Assembly (NCBI GenBank): GCA_036867785.1
Contig: CP145411.1
Location: forward strand, 372,001-436,000
Length of the DNA: 64,000 nucleotides
Direction: 5' to 3'
Source: Plasmodiophora brassicae
Lineage: Eukaryota
The notes below the pieces were generated by a model that worked only from the letters and a program-made list of their open reading frames with translations, did no database searches and was not told the origin of the DNA. The position numbers and the translations under genes were made by a program. Below, in pieces: positions 14,951 to 29,900 of this stretch. Position 1 is the first letter of the stretch. Every line of letters begins with the position of its first letter.

Positions 14951-17900
14951 ATGTCGGATCCGAACGGCGAGGACCCGCCACCCGAGTCGCTGGAGTCGTT
15001 GCGGACGCAGCATTATAGGAACGTGCTTCAGAGCGTATACGCGAATGCTGCCGCCGGCGAGGACACTGTTCCGGCTCGTCCGCAGGGGGAGAAATTTCAA
15101 AGCCATGAGCCGGATCCGGCCGATGCCGCCCCTGAGTCGGCGTCGTGGCGAGCGCGCGTCGCGAACGAAATGAAGATGATGAGCCAGCCGGGGCAATCGT
15201 TTCGAAAGCGGAAGAAGCCGCAGTCGAAGGACGTCGAGCCCGTCCGGCGCCTTCTGATGCCCAAGTTCCCGTTCTCGAAGCACGACACGCTGCGGAATGG
15301 CCCACGAGCCCACATCGAAGTTGACATGGATCGGAGCGCGCCTGCGACCATCAGCGAACGGATCGGGGCCCACTACTCCCTGGGCGTTGCTGCCCTTGAT
15401 CGCGAGCTGCTCGGTGAGTTCCGACAAGTTCTTCACAAGGGGACCGAGTACAAACTGAAAGCAACCAACCCGGCCGCATCCAAGCGTGGCGCCGCCTCCA
15501 CCTCCAAGTCCAATGTCGTCGACCGCGGCCGCGATGCGCTGTCGGTTGCGAATTATAATCTTCCTGACGAGAGCGAGCGCCTGTACAGGGAGTATCGCGA
15601 TCCAGTCGACAAGTTGTCGCTGGAGTTATTCGACGCAGACGAGTTTGAGACCCATAGCGGTGAAGAATGGGTCGCCATGCCTCCTCCAGTCATGGGGCGC
15701 GCACTGTGGTGCGTTAACCACCAATGGGTCTGGCTGGAATGCAAAGTCCTTTCGTTCGATTCCGAGACGAAGCTGTTCACGATCGAGTTTACGGATTGCC
15801 AGAACTCAGCAGGTGGTCCGTTCCGCAAGAAGGTTCGACGTTTGTCGCTCTGCTTCGACGCCGAAGACCAGGCCCGATTCTTCCAGCGTCGACAGGTTTG
15901 CGAAATGCTTCGCGAACAGGCACGGGCGTTACACCGATACCGCCTGCTGATCAACGCCCAGCCTTCTTCAGCGTTTGCGACTGCTCGGCGTGACTGCCTT
16001 CAGCGAATTGTGCAGAGACTGGTGCAGAACGGTCTGAACGACCTTGTTGTGAAGAAACAAAGTTCAGTCGAGAAGCTCCTCAGTGAGGTCCGCGACGAGT
16101 TCATGTTCAGCCAGAAACAGTCACTGATCCACTACAATCTTCTGAACCCGGAGGAGGCTTTGAAAATCTTGTCTCTGAATCTGCCGGAATTCCCAGAGCG
16201 GTATGAACTAGGGGTCGTTGCCTGTTCAAACATATTGCTAATGTGCGTCTTTCCAGTACTCGACGCCGTTTCTTTGGGACGCTTGATGTCAACCGAGGAC
16301 CACGGCTCTACTGGAATCCAGTGACTGAGCACTTGGCAAATGACCCAACTTTCAACCAGCTGCGCGCCCAGGTCGAATACGACCACTTTACGTTGCAGCC
16401 GGAAGTCGCCGAAGTGCTGCAGACCATGTTCACTACGTGGGAAGCACTCAGCTCCAAACGGTTCCTGTTTCCGATCCCGGCTAACGAGTTGCCCGTGTCC
16501 GCATACACCTACCAGGACATGCAGGAGAACAACTACAACGAATTACAGTACCAGCTGATCAATGACTGGAGGGAGCCGTTAATCCACAATATTCGGTTGG
16601 TGCCCGCAACTGTCCAAGAGGTGCTGATGGAGGCTGAATGAATCACGAATCAACAACAGGGACAGCCTGGCAAATGTGTTCGACCTGTTTATCCGCAGTC
16701 CCGAGCAGTACGTTGATTCAGAGCTCCAACGGTTCCTACAAAAGACCACGTTGCTGATGCGGACCAACCTGGCCAAACTCATTCTCACGAATCTGCATGA
16801 GTGGGGCCTGTATCTGGATTCGTACACCCTATCGCTTCATGACGCCATGCCCGAGGCGTTCGCCTGCGACTCAACGTCTATGGGAGACGATGACGCACCT
16901 GACGGTGTGATGGTTGATGACAATCAGGGTTCAACCGATGAGGTATCACTGACGTAACGTCATTGCTGGTCTGAAAATAACCCATCTGGTTGGTAGAGCA
17001 TGCGCTGTCCACTTTCTGCTCTGCGATTCGTGACCTGGATGACGCCTGTATCCAGAGCAACGTCGCTACCTCCGTTGTTCTTGTTCCGCTTGACCAGCAT
17101 GGAGCGTCGCGTATGCTCGTTACGAAGCTTGGTCAGGACGGTCTTTGACGTTGCTGTATTAGGTTGTTTTTCTGCCTGGCCTGGAGAGCATCTGCTCCGT
17201 TCTCACTTCTCTTCTCGACCTGCCCATCAAAGCTCAGGCTATCGCTCAAATGGACAACGAAATTGTGCCATTATTAGGGCTTGATTCACGCGCATTATGT
17301 TCACCCGATACTACGCCTGGTATACCCTGCATCCTTAGCCATATTTGCCCATCTGTTGACACCTCGGACAGATATCTTCGCGGAAGCCGAACGGCAGAAG
17401 AGCATTCTGTCCAACGTCGTGGACGCCCACTTGCAGGGACCTCTTGAGGTATGGCCAAGCTTCATTGCTGAATTGCATGTTGAGCAACAAACGCGTCTGT
17501 AGATATTCCGAAAGTACGAAGCGTTTCAGTACCTGCTGGAGCTTGATGTCGACAACGCTGTGAAGGCCTGGTTTGCGGGCGTGCCCGAAGGCTCGGGACA
17601 GGCAGATGATGGTTGTTGCCAGAACCGTTCACTTATCGATTACATTTTTAAATATGCCGTTCTACTCAGGCGACCCAGACGATAAACACCAGAGAGGCGT
17701 CGAGAACCGACCGTTACGTAAGCGGACATGCCAGGAGACACGCGACGAGATTGCACGGTATCTCCAGGCGGAAGCTGACATCAACGCGACATCCCTGAAC
17801 CAGATCACCTTCCCGATGATCACTGTCCAGTGCGAAATGATCAAGAACCAGCTGATCTCCAAAGCTCAGGACATGAGCAAATCGCTCATCAATGGGTTCT

Positions 17901-20900
17901 TGAGCGAGGTACAGGTCGGTGTGTCCAACGACCTACTGTCGCTGACTGTTTGTCTCAGGTTCGGACGCTGACTGAGAATCTCAACGATTCTTTCAGTGGA
18001 AAACTGGCTCGTCTGAAGGCGCCCAGTAAAGATGTATCTGATCTGGCCGAGCTGAAAGATTTCGTCAAACGGATTGAGAAAACTGAGGTCCATTTGCTGA
18101 CGCTCGCGTCGATCAAGCAGGATAGTGCCTAACGATATTCGTTTGCAGATAGTGCAGATGCTGCAAGATATTGACATGATAAGGAGACACATTGCAGTGC
18201 TGGATGAGTTCAACACAGCGCTCCCACAGTACGATTTCGAACTGTTTTGGAAGGTAGCGTTGGGGCACTGCAACGACGACGGCGACAGTCTGAACACGCG
18301 TGCTTGTGAAGATCGTGGCCTGGCCCCGCGAGATCAAGAGCGCGATTCACGAATCCAAGGTGGCTATCCAGGAGGATAATCGGAAGTTCAAAGAGGAGCT
18401 ACTCGCAGAGCAAGAAAAGTTCGTCTCGTCACTGGCGCTGTACAAGGCAGAAGTCAAGGGCCTCTATCAATATGGGCCCTGCCCTCCCGACAAGATGGAA
18501 GAGCGCGCATCGCAAGTTGACGTCTTGCAGGACAAGCTTGATAAGGCTGACAAACTAGTGGTCTCGTTCAACGACCGCGAGAGACTGTTTGAGCTAGAGC
18601 CAACAGGTCAGGATGACCGCTCGATGAATGTCGGCAACGCTGATATCGCGCCAGAATACGCTGAGCTCGAGGAGATCAAAGCAGAATTTGAACCCGTCCT
18701 GAAGCTCTGGAGTATCTCTTCGCTATTCCACACCTCTCATACGATTTGGATGACGGGATCCTTCATCGAACTGGATCCTGCGAAAATGGAAGCTGACGCG
18801 AGCTCGTGGTGGAAGGACATGTTTCGACTCGAGAAGGTCTTCAGTGAAAGGGATGCAAAAGAGCCTGCCAAGGTTCCCTCGCGTAATGCAACGTCAGCAT
18901 GAGCGACCACTGATCTCTTGCTGCAGGTTGCCACATCTACAAAGAACAGCGTTGCTGACTTCCGTCTCCATCTTCCGATTATTTCGAATTTGAGAAATCC
19001 TGGTCTACGTCCTCGACACTGGACGCAGATTTCAGACCTCTTAGGTCAAACCGTTGTCCCTGATCAGAACCTGACGTGGAACCAGCTCCTCAGTCTCGAC
19101 GTGCATTCACACAAAGATCGGCTAGAGGAAGTCTGCGTCTACGCCGACAAGGAGTACGCGCTGGAGCAAGCCCTTGACAAGATGGAAGACGAATGGAAGG
19201 CGGTGAATTTGAAGGTACAGCTGCTGTATACGTTTGTTGGTCACGTGCCTGAAACTCCACATTCAGATTGTTCCGCATAAGAACAGTGGAACTTTCAAGA
19301 TCGTTGACATCGATGAAGCGTTGACTACGCTCGATGACCATATCGTCAAGACGCAGACCATGAGGGGATCTCCGTACATCAAAGCCTTTGACGCACGCGT
19401 CAAGAAGTGGGAGGTACGTTGAACCCGCCTCTGCAGTGGCGAGCCCAGCTCTGAGCAGGCAGCGTAGAGCCGACTTGTGCTTGTGTCCAAAGTCGTTGAG
19501 GAATGGTTGGCGTGCCAAAAGACGTGGCTCTATCTGGATCCCATCTTCTCCAGCGATGACATCATGCGTCAAATGCCTGTTGAAGCTCGTCGGTTCCAGA
19601 TGGTTGCACGCAAGCATTCCTATTTGACAACGATATTCTAAGCTCGTCGTGCTGTAGGTGGATCAATACTGGCGGAAGACAATGGCCGCTGCTCACGTTC
19701 GACCCAACCTACTGGAGTTCGTATCTGAGGTTGACAATCTGCACAAGGGGTTCCTTGAGTCGAACAAGATCCTGGACCTTATCCAGAAAGGGCTGAACGA
19801 ATACCTGGAAGTGAAGCGATTGGCGTTTCCACGATTCTTCTTTCTCTCGAACGATGAATTGCTGGAAATTCTTTCCCAGACTAAGGATCCGAATGCCGTC
19901 CAGCCCCACTTGCCGAAATGTTTTGAGAACATATCCTCGCTCGATTTTAACGAGGACATGGATATTATCGCGATGCACAGCGCTGAACAGGTCAGTCGAC
20001 TGCGTTGTAACCTACAGAAGTATCGACATCTAACGCTGGATACACAGGAGGAAGTCCAGTTTATTCGGACTGTCAACCCGACGAAGGGCCCCAACAAAGG
20101 AAAAGTGTGTACGCGCTTCGTCTGAATACCACATGTTTCAAAGGATTGTACAGGTTGAACTGTGGCTTGGGGAGGTCGAAGCTCTCATGCGCGACAGCTT
20201 GTCCACCATCATGATGAAAAGCCTAAAAGCACACCACGACCCTCAGGCTTTCGTCCGAGAGAAATGGCTATTGTCCTGGCCTGGACAGGTCGGATCTTCA
20301 TGCGCTTTAGGTCTACGTCGTTATCTGACAGCACTATAGATTGTCCTGGCGGTGAGTCAAATTGTCTGGACCTCTGAAGTGGAGGATGCCATTCGGAAAG
20401 GTTCTGCACGTGAGCAATACTGACGATGCGCATACCTTATTTCATGTTCAGGTGGCACTCGTGGCCTCAAAAAGTACATTGGCAAGCTGAACTCGCAGCT
20501 CGACGCTGTCGTAGAGCTTGTTCGTGGGCCACTATCCGAACTGAACAGGTTCGGCTGAGGCTGAGCACCTTCGAGATTTACTCACACCCGGTCTATCACA
20601 GGATGACGTTGGGGGCACTTATTGTCATCGATGTTCATGCTCGGGACTCGATCCAGAAGATGATCGAACAGGTAGCGCTCCTGTCTCTGGACAAGATATT
20701 AGACATTGATGAATTTACAGGGATGTGATGACGTGGATTCGTTCACGTGGCTGGGCCAGCTTCGTTATTATGTCGAAGAGAATTCCTTACAGGTTCGCAT
20801 GATCAACGCCTCCATTGAATATGCATACGAGTACCTCGGTACACACGTTTTTCTACACTTCCAGGGTGGCTCCTGAGTCCCCTTCGTTAGGCAATTCGCC

Positions 20901-23900
20901 GCGGCTTGTCATCACACCTCTGACGGACAGATGCTACCGTACACTGATGGGAGCGCTTCATTTGAACCTCGGAGGTAAAAGGACTCTCTTTATAACCAAG
21001 GCCATCGGCAATGACGTCAACCTCTATGAATTTAGGTGCCCCAGAAGGCCCTGCGGGAACAGGTAAAACTGAGACCGTCAAAGACCTTGCCAAAGCCGTC
21101 GCAAAGCAATGCGTCGTCTTCAACTGTTCCGATTCCCTGGACTATCTGGTTATGGCGAAGTTCTTCAAGGGTATAAGGGTCGACTGTTACTGTCATTTAA
21201 ACTGATTGTGTGGTATTCAGGTCTTGTGGCAAGCGGGGCATGGGCATGTTTCGACGAGTTCAACCGTATTGATCTGGAGGTGCTGTCTGTTGTTGCGCAA
21301 CAGATGCAATCCATTCAGCGCGCAGTCAACGAGGGGAAGACGCGGTTCATCTTCGAAGGCAGCGAGCTTCCTTTGAATCGGTCTTGTGCAATTTTTATTA
21401 CGATGAACCCAGGTCGAAACGTTTGGCTCACCTGTATGTCTTGTGTATTTGTTGACACCCTGGCAGGCTACGCTGGGCGTTCGGAGCTCCCCGACAACTT
21501 GAAGACCTTGTTCAGAACCGTCGCGATGATGGTCCCGGACTATTCGCTCATCGCAGAGATCGTCTTGTATTCGTGTGGTTACAGTACAGCCAGGCCACTC
21601 GCGAGGAAAATCGTACGGTCTGGCTCACAGCATGAGACGTCTCTCTAAGCGCTTCTTCAACGTAGGTAACTGGACTTCGTCTTGCGTCCGAGCAGTTGTC
21701 CTCCCAAGACCATTACGATTTCGGCATGCGTACCGTGAAGTCGATCTTGACGGCAGCCGGCGCGCTGAAACGAGACCATCCTCACACTGAAGAGGATCAG
21801 CTGTGCCTGAGAGCCATCAACGATTGCAACATGCCAAAATTCACAGCTGATGACGCAGCTCTGTTTGCTGGAATCACCCGCGACCTGTTTCCAAGGTAGG
21901 CCATTGCTCTGCCACACACACGCACAACGTCTTAATGTGTCGACTGGCTAGCGTAAACCTTCACGCAATCCAGTACGAGGAGCTTGACGCCGGCATTGCT
22001 CAGGAATCATCTCGTCTCAATCTAGGTCAGCCGCTTGCTCGATATACTGTGCAAACTTCTAACGACCCGTCGTGTAGAGGTGACCCACGCGTTCAGGACG
22101 CATTGCCTAAACCTTTACGAAACCGTTCGCGTTCGCCATGGGTTAATGATTGTAGGACGTACGCTGGCTGGAAAGACATCCGCTATCAGGTTGACACGTT
22201 TGCATACAACTCGAAGCTGTCTTTGACGAGATTGGTATTCAGGGTTCTCGCGGGCGCTATGAAGAATGTCAACGTTTACACCATCAATCCGAAGTCGCTA
22301 TCAATGGGCAAGCTTTATGGTGAATTTGATCCGAGCACCCGTGAATGGAAGAATGGCATTATCACAGGTTCGATGAGTGACTTCTCAAAAGGGGACGCAT
22401 TGACAGTAACTGTGATTCAGTCATTGTTCGCGAGTGCGCATCGTCAACATCGCCGAATCGGAAATGGGTTGTTTTCGATGGGCCTGTGGACGCTCTATGG
22501 ATTGAGAACATGAACACGGTTCTTGATGACAATAAGAAGCTTTGTCTTGCAAGTGGAGAGATCATTAAGCTGTCGAAGACTATGACGATGATGTTCGAGG
22601 TCAGCGTATGATTGACTGGTGTCCGTGTTGTTCTTTAACGTATGCCTGCCAAAGGTCGAGGACCTATCTGCAGCATCCCCTGCTACGGTGTCACGCTGTG
22701 GTATGGTATACATGGAGCCAGACCAAGTCGGGGTCCACCCTCTTGTGCAGTGCTGGCTGAGAACTCTTTGTGCGGATCTTAAACCGATCAAGGACGACAT
22801 CGATGGGATGTTTAACTGGCTGGTCCTGCCAAGCCTGGATTTCTGTTCAAAGCGAACGCAGTCAACGCTTCCGTTTTCTGGTCAGCGCAAATACGATGTC
22901 AAGTGCCGCGTTGTGGTATTGATATTGTTGATCCTAGTGTTGACATCTGTTCGGTCTCTGTTGAGCATGTTCGATGCGCTTGTGAAAACGCAACTCTTGG
23001 AGAACCCTGACTCCAGCCGAACTGAGCAACAGCTCGCTGTCATTGTCGAGTGCCTCTTTGCGTTCGCCCTCATGTATGTTCTTGGTTTGGGATACGTCCG
23101 CGTTCGTTTAGTGACTCTTACGGTTCTTGTTAGATGGACAATTGGAGCGAATACCAATGCTGAGGGAAGAAGCTCATTCGACAAATTCGTCCGGATGCTG
23201 TTTGATGGCAAAGCTCTCAAAGAAAGCACGCCAGGACTTGAAAAGGCATTCGAGGGTACAAGATCGCGTATACTTCCAACGACGCTACTGAGACCACTTG
23301 CTAGGGATATCGTTAAGGGCTCCCATGCCTGCTCGCGGGTCTGTCTACGACTACGTTTATCAAGTATCTACGCGTTCATGGAGGCAATGGCTCGACAACT
23401 CCCAAGCTATGTCAATCCCAGCGAATGCTGCGTTCCAGGACATCATTGTGCCGACTCTCGATTCTGTTCGAAACTCGTGGCTTCTTGCGACACTCGTCAA
23501 AGCCAATTCCCATGTGCTTTGGGTGGGCGGTACGGGTACAGGCAAAACCCTTTGCATAAGCGAAACCCTGACGAAGACACTCGCGAATGGTGTCTTTTCA
23601 CCGGTTTCAATAACGTTTTCAGCAAAGTCGTCGGCATCCCAAACGCAAGGTAATTTGGGTTGGCGAGCCGTTCAAGCATTCCGCCCTGTTGTAACCTCTT
23701 CGGCAGATATTATTGATTCGAAATGTGACCGTCGACGCAAGGGCGTCTTTGGTCCGCCTCTTGGGAAGCGGTACGTTGTCTTCGTAGACGATCTAAGCAT
23801 GCCCGCAAAAGAGCAGGTACGTTTCATGTGTTCCAGCCATTCGAGCGAGCCTCACGATCGCGTTTCCAGTATGGTGCACAACCCCCCATTGAACTTCTTC

Positions 23901-26900
23901 GTCAATGGATGGATCACAACGGTTGGTACACTGACAACGAGTTCCGCACTCTGGTCGATATACAGTTTGTCTCAGCAATGGGCTCGCCTGGTATCGTATC
24001 GTGACGCATGCAATTTAAAATGCTGTTTCTGAGTCCCTGATTTATGTAGGTGGTGGAAGAAACGAGGTCACCTCTCGGTTCCTCAGGCATTTTGTGGCTC
24101 TGTCGGTCATTCCTTTCGACAGCGACTCCATGCAGAGGATCTTCAGCACCATTCTGAAATGGTGGATCGACAGTTTTCCAAACCGTACGTACTTTCGTAC
24201 ATTTGCTCTGGTCGGTCCCCTAATTGAATTTTTAACGAAGCTTCCGATCTACTGTCTGTGTACGACAAGTTGGTTTCTGCGACCGTCAAGATTTACGACA
24301 CCATCGCCAAAGAATTGCGACCTACGCCGGCAAAGTCCCACTACACATTCAACCTTCGAGATTTGTCAAAAGTCTTCCAGGTTGCTCTGCATGCCTCATG
24401 AATCCTTTAGCCAGTCGAAACTAACACTTCGATTCTTCAGGGTATTTTGAGTGGAAAGAAGGCAGCAATTACTTCGCCGATTGAACTCGTGCGCTTGTGG
24501 GCGCATGAATGCACTCGAGTCTTCTGTGATCGACTTGTCGACGGCAGAGACGAGAACTGGTTCATGTCGTTGCTCGCGGAGCAAGTTAAGTCGTCTCTCG
24601 GCATGAACTACTCGCAAGATGTTCTTGCAGGTTAGTCATGTGACCTTTTATTGTCAGCACGAACAATTTAGGGGAAACATGCTTCTTAGGGGATCCTAAC
24701 CGGCGTCTGATCTATTGCAATTTCCTTGCCTCTGATGGAGCGTACAGCGAAGTGACGAACAACCAAAATTTGCGGCGGCGCGTCAACGAACTTCTGGAAG
24801 ACTACAACATTGCCCATACGACCACGATGAACCTGGTTCTCTTCGAGTCTGCCATTGAACACATCACACGCATCGTTCGCATAATCAGAAACCCGCTGGG
24901 CAATGCCCTACTGGTTGGTGTCGGTGGCAGTGGTCGTCAAAGCTTGACGAGAATAGCTGTATGCCTAGCTGAGCGTACTAATTTCTGTAACGTCAACTGA
25001 TCCTTGTTTTCTTGATCCAAACTCAGGCTTTCGCCGCTGAGTACCAAGTATTCTCGATCGAGGCGGGCAACCTGTACGGCGTGAACGAATGGAGAGACGA
25101 CTTGAAAAAGCTTTTGACAACGTCGGGAGTCGAGGATGTTCAGCAAGTCTTCTTGTTGAGTGACAACAACCTGAAGAACGAATCATTTCTCGAAGACATC
25201 AACAACATTCTGAACAATGGAGAGGTGCGTCATGCATATGTCGGTGCTTGTTGAAAGACATTTCGCTTAGCGACTTCATCAGGTTCCGAATTTGTTCGCT
25301 CCAGAGGAGCTTGCATCTATCGTCGACAGCACGAGCACGGCGGCACGAGCGGCGAACCGTGGTGATTCTGCTTCTGCCGTGTATTCCTTCTTCGTTCAGC
25401 GTTGCCGCCAGAATATCCACATTGTTCTTTGTCTGTCCCCCATCGGTGACGCGTTTCGTGAGCGCTTAAGACAGTTTCCGTCTCTGGTTAATTGTTGCAC
25501 GATCGACTGGTTCCATCCGTGGCCGACGAATGCGCTTCGGTAAAACGGCTTTGGCGACTATCACAGTCAACCTTCTGAACGGCTCTCTTTAGATCGGTTG
25601 CTGATCGATTCTTGGCAAATGTCGACGTCGACGAACGTGTTGTTGATATATGTGTATCCATGCAGCAGAGCGTCGTCGACCTCAGTGCCGAGTACAAGGC
25701 CGCTCTGAACCGCTATAACTATGTGACGCCAACGTCATATCTGAGCTTACTGAAGACGTTTTCCAACATCTTCGAATCCAAGCGAAGGTTGGAGATCTAT
25801 ATAGTAATGTCAGCAGTGCCGCTGATCGTGCGCTTGTCAGTGAAATTGGTCGTGCTCGAGACCGTTATGTTAATGGCCTGCAGAAACTGGCTGATACGGA
25901 AATTCAAGTCAAGGGAATGCAGGAACAATTGGAACTTCTGAAGCCACAATTGATTCAGAGCTCGGCGGAAACGGCTGATCTGATGGTCACAATCCAACTG
26001 CGCACAGCTGAAGCAGACGCACAATCCAAGGTCCATTGTTTCGGCTTTCATTTGGCAAAGAACCCATTATGATGCTTTTGGATTAGGTTGTCGAAACCGA
26101 GACGCAGATCTGTAATCAGCAGGCCGCCGAGGCGCAACGTATCAAGGACGAATGTCAAGTGAAGCTTGATGCCGCACTACCCGCTTACGAGAACGCGTTG
26201 AAAGCTCTGAAGGTCTTGAAGAAAAGCGACATTGTTGAGGTCAAGGCGATGAAGACACCACCACCTGCTGTCGTGTTGACAATGGAAACGAGTAAGTCCC
26301 AAGTACCTGGGCATCCTTTGAATCGCTCCTGAGACGTGCATGCAGTTTGCATCATGTTGGATGTCGAGCCCATCAAAGTTGGAGCTGCTGGTCAGAAGGT
26401 GTCTGATTATTGGGAAACTGCAAAGAAGTCGTTTCTCGGTGACCCGAAATTCCTTACAACACTGCAAAACTACGACAAGGATAACATCCCGCCCAAGATC
26501 ATTGATGCTATTCGACCGTACATGGACAACCCTGGTTGGAATAAGGCTTCCCTGTACTCGACTACAAGCATCGTTCTAAGCATTTCGCGCAGAATTCATT
26601 CCCGACAAAGTCAAGAAAGCATCTGTTGCGGCACAGGGGTTATGCAAGTGGGTTCGTGCCCTGTTCACGTACAATGAGGTTGCCAAGGACGTCGGGCCCA
26701 TGAAGGTACGACCTCATAATCGGAACTTGCTGGAAGAGGTTGATCGTATTTTCGGTCAGATTGCTCTGGCGAACTCAGAAGCGTCCCTTGCCGAAGCCAA
26801 GAAACAGTTGGACGCCAAGATCGTCCAGTTCGACGCTGTTCAACAACTCCTGAAAGATCTGAAGACACAATTCGAGATTGCCGATGCCAAGTCAGATAGC

Positions 26901-29900
26901 TCCTCAGATTTATTGACCGATTGAATCACTAATATTGCATAGGAAGCGCAAACTGGAGGATGATGTCGAAGACTGCAGCAGGTTCGTGCCATGTCACCTT
27001 GCCTCTTCTTGGCGACTAACAAAATGTGCCATCGAATAACAGGAGATTGGAACGTGCTGAGAAACTGATTGGAGGTTTGGGCGGAGAGAAAGATCGTTGG
27101 ACGCAACGAGCGGCCGATCTCACCAAGGACTTCAACAATGTTGTCGGCAACATTGTCGTGTCTTCTGGTGTCATCGCCTATCTGGGAACGTTCACGCATA
27201 CATTCAGAGAGAAAATCATAGCCGCCTGGAAGGCTGCCCTCCAAGCTGCCTCAATTCCTGTTTCAGAGGTACCGGTTATCGTGATAGTACTTGCGGTTTG
27301 CGCCACTGACTTTCAATTCAGGCCTTCACGCTCAACTCCGTCTTGGGCAACCCTGTCGAGATTAGGGAATGGATCATTCAGAAACTGCCCAAAGATCAGT
27401 TTTCCCTCGATAACGCTGTCATTATGAAGAACTCGACGATGTACCCGTTGATGATTGATCCTCAGGTATTTGCCGAACGTATTGTTCGCTCGTCATGGCA
27501 GCTAAAGGCCCACGCATAGGCTCAAGCTCACCGATGGATATGCCTGAAGGAAAAGTCGCGATCGATGAAGATTGTCAAGCTTCGCGATTCGGGCTTCACA
27601 CGTACACTGGAAAACTGTCTTCAGGTAGACTGCCTCGAGACGAATTTCGCTGAACCCAGTTTAATCAAAAGCTTAGTTTGGTACACCTCTTCTCATCGAG
27701 GACGTCGGCGAAACGCTTGACTCAATGCTGGATCCGATTCTAACGAAACAATTCTACGTTGCCGGAGGTCGCAAAATGATCAAACTAGGCGAAGCATCTG
27801 TTGAATTCGACACGAACTTCTCGTTGTATATGACGACAAAGCTAGCTAATCCGCACTACACGCCTCAGGTCTGTGTCGATCTCTGTGTTAGGAGGATTTT
27901 CGCTGACTCCCTTTCGTACAGATCTCAACCAAGGTAGTGATCGTGAATTTCATGATCACACCTGAAGGTTTGGAAGATCAAATGCTCGGGCAAGTCGTGT
28001 CAAAAGAAGAGCCGAAACTCGAACAAGAACGAAACGAGCTCATTGTTAGCAACAGCGAATATCAGCGTCAACTGTCGAAGATCGAAGACGAAATTCTCCA
28101 GCGGCTGAGTTCTGCCGAGGGCAACATCTTGGATAATGAGGAATTGATTGCTGCACTTGGAAAGGTTTGCCACTAGACATGTTCTGCTAGCAGTAGTGTT
28201 CGTGGTACTAATCCACCGTAACAGAGCAAAGAAGCATCCAAGCAAATTGAGAAACGCGTTCAAGAAGCAATCACCACTGAGACCCGTATCAACAAGATTC
28301 GCGCCGAGTATCAACCATTGGCGCTGACGTCATCGAACCTCTTCTTCTGCATATCCGATCTGGTCAACGTTGACCCCATGTACCAGTATTCGCTGGAGTG
28401 GTTTGTCGGGCTCTTTCTACGCTCCATCGATTCATCTCCCAAGGTCAGGCATCTGTCGCGTTGCCCGAGAAGTTACCTAACTGCTGCGAGTAGGCTCCTC
28501 AAAGAGCACAGCGAACAACGAATATCCGGGACCAGTTCACCTACAACCTATACAAGAATGTTTGCAGGTCCCTGTTCGAGGACGACAAGCTCTTGTTTTC
28601 ATTCTTGCTGTGCGTCAAGCACCTTGAGGGTAAAGGGGAGTTGAATCAAATGGCGCTCCGCTTCCTTTTGACTGGCGGTATGCGTTGTCCAATTGTGGTT
28701 TGCGTCAATCTAACGTACACCGGATAGTTGGGAACGGTGCCCCGTATGAACCCATCGTCAACCCTTCTCCAGATTGGCTCACAGGACCGATATGGCCAAT
28801 GATTCAGGTAACTGCCTCAGTACGTTCGGCAGAACCCGCGTTTATCGTTCAACAGACGTTGTCGCAAATCGAGGACTATAATGGACTCGATGCGTCTTTC
28901 CAACGTAGTCTTCGACACTGGAAGCGGGTCTACGAGAGCCCGGATCCCTACAACGAGGCATTCCCCGAACCTTTCCAGGTGAACCTCTGAAGCAAATTGC
29001 ATACCCAATTTCGACATCGACTGATGGCCTGCAATCAGGCTCAGATGGACCCGTTCCAGCGACTGCTGGTTGTTCGCTGTCTTCGATTCGACAAGCTGGT
29101 CCCTGGGATTCAAAGTTTCGTAAGCACGTGCATGGGCAAGAAGTTCATCGAGCCTCCCCCATTCGACCTCAACGAGGGGTTCGAAGACTCGTCCAATGTG
29201 TCGCCCTTGGTGTTCGTGCTATCGCCTGGGGCCGACCCCGTTGCGGAGTAGGCGGCGGTTCGCGTTGCTCAACGACGGATTGATAACCATTATGCTCCAC
29301 TAGGCTCTATAAGTTCGCTGACACGCGGGGCTATGCTACTCCGGACAAGCTCGCCAGCATATCGTTGGGTCAGGGGCAGGGTGCTATAGCCGAGGCTGCG
29401 ATTGCTGCAGCCATCGACAAAGGTAGAACATGACAAACAAGGAACTACCATGGGTGTCTGAAAGGCCATGCCGAACAGGGACCTGGGTTCTGCTTCAGAA
29501 CTGTCACCTTGCGGTGTCTTGGATGAGTAGTCTGGAGAAGATCGTGCAGGACATCAACCCAGAGACTGCACACCCTGATTTCCGCCTGTGGCTGACATCG
29601 AACCCTAGCAAGCAGTGCGTTTCGTACACGCGGCTTCGCTCAACACATTTGGATGACTTCGGCTCTAGGTTCCCTGTATCCATTCTTCAGAATGGCGTCA
29701 AGATGACAAACGAACCGCCGAGAGGAGTTCGCGCCAACATGCTGCGATCGTTTTCTGGGTTCGATCCCCAGTGGTACCAAGACTGTCCGAAACCGAAGCC
29801 GTTCAAGAGATTATTGTTCGGTCTGTGCTTCTTCCACGCCATTGTCCAGGTCTGGGGAGTCCTACAGCGTCTTCTAGTCGATGCAGAAATTGAGGTTTCA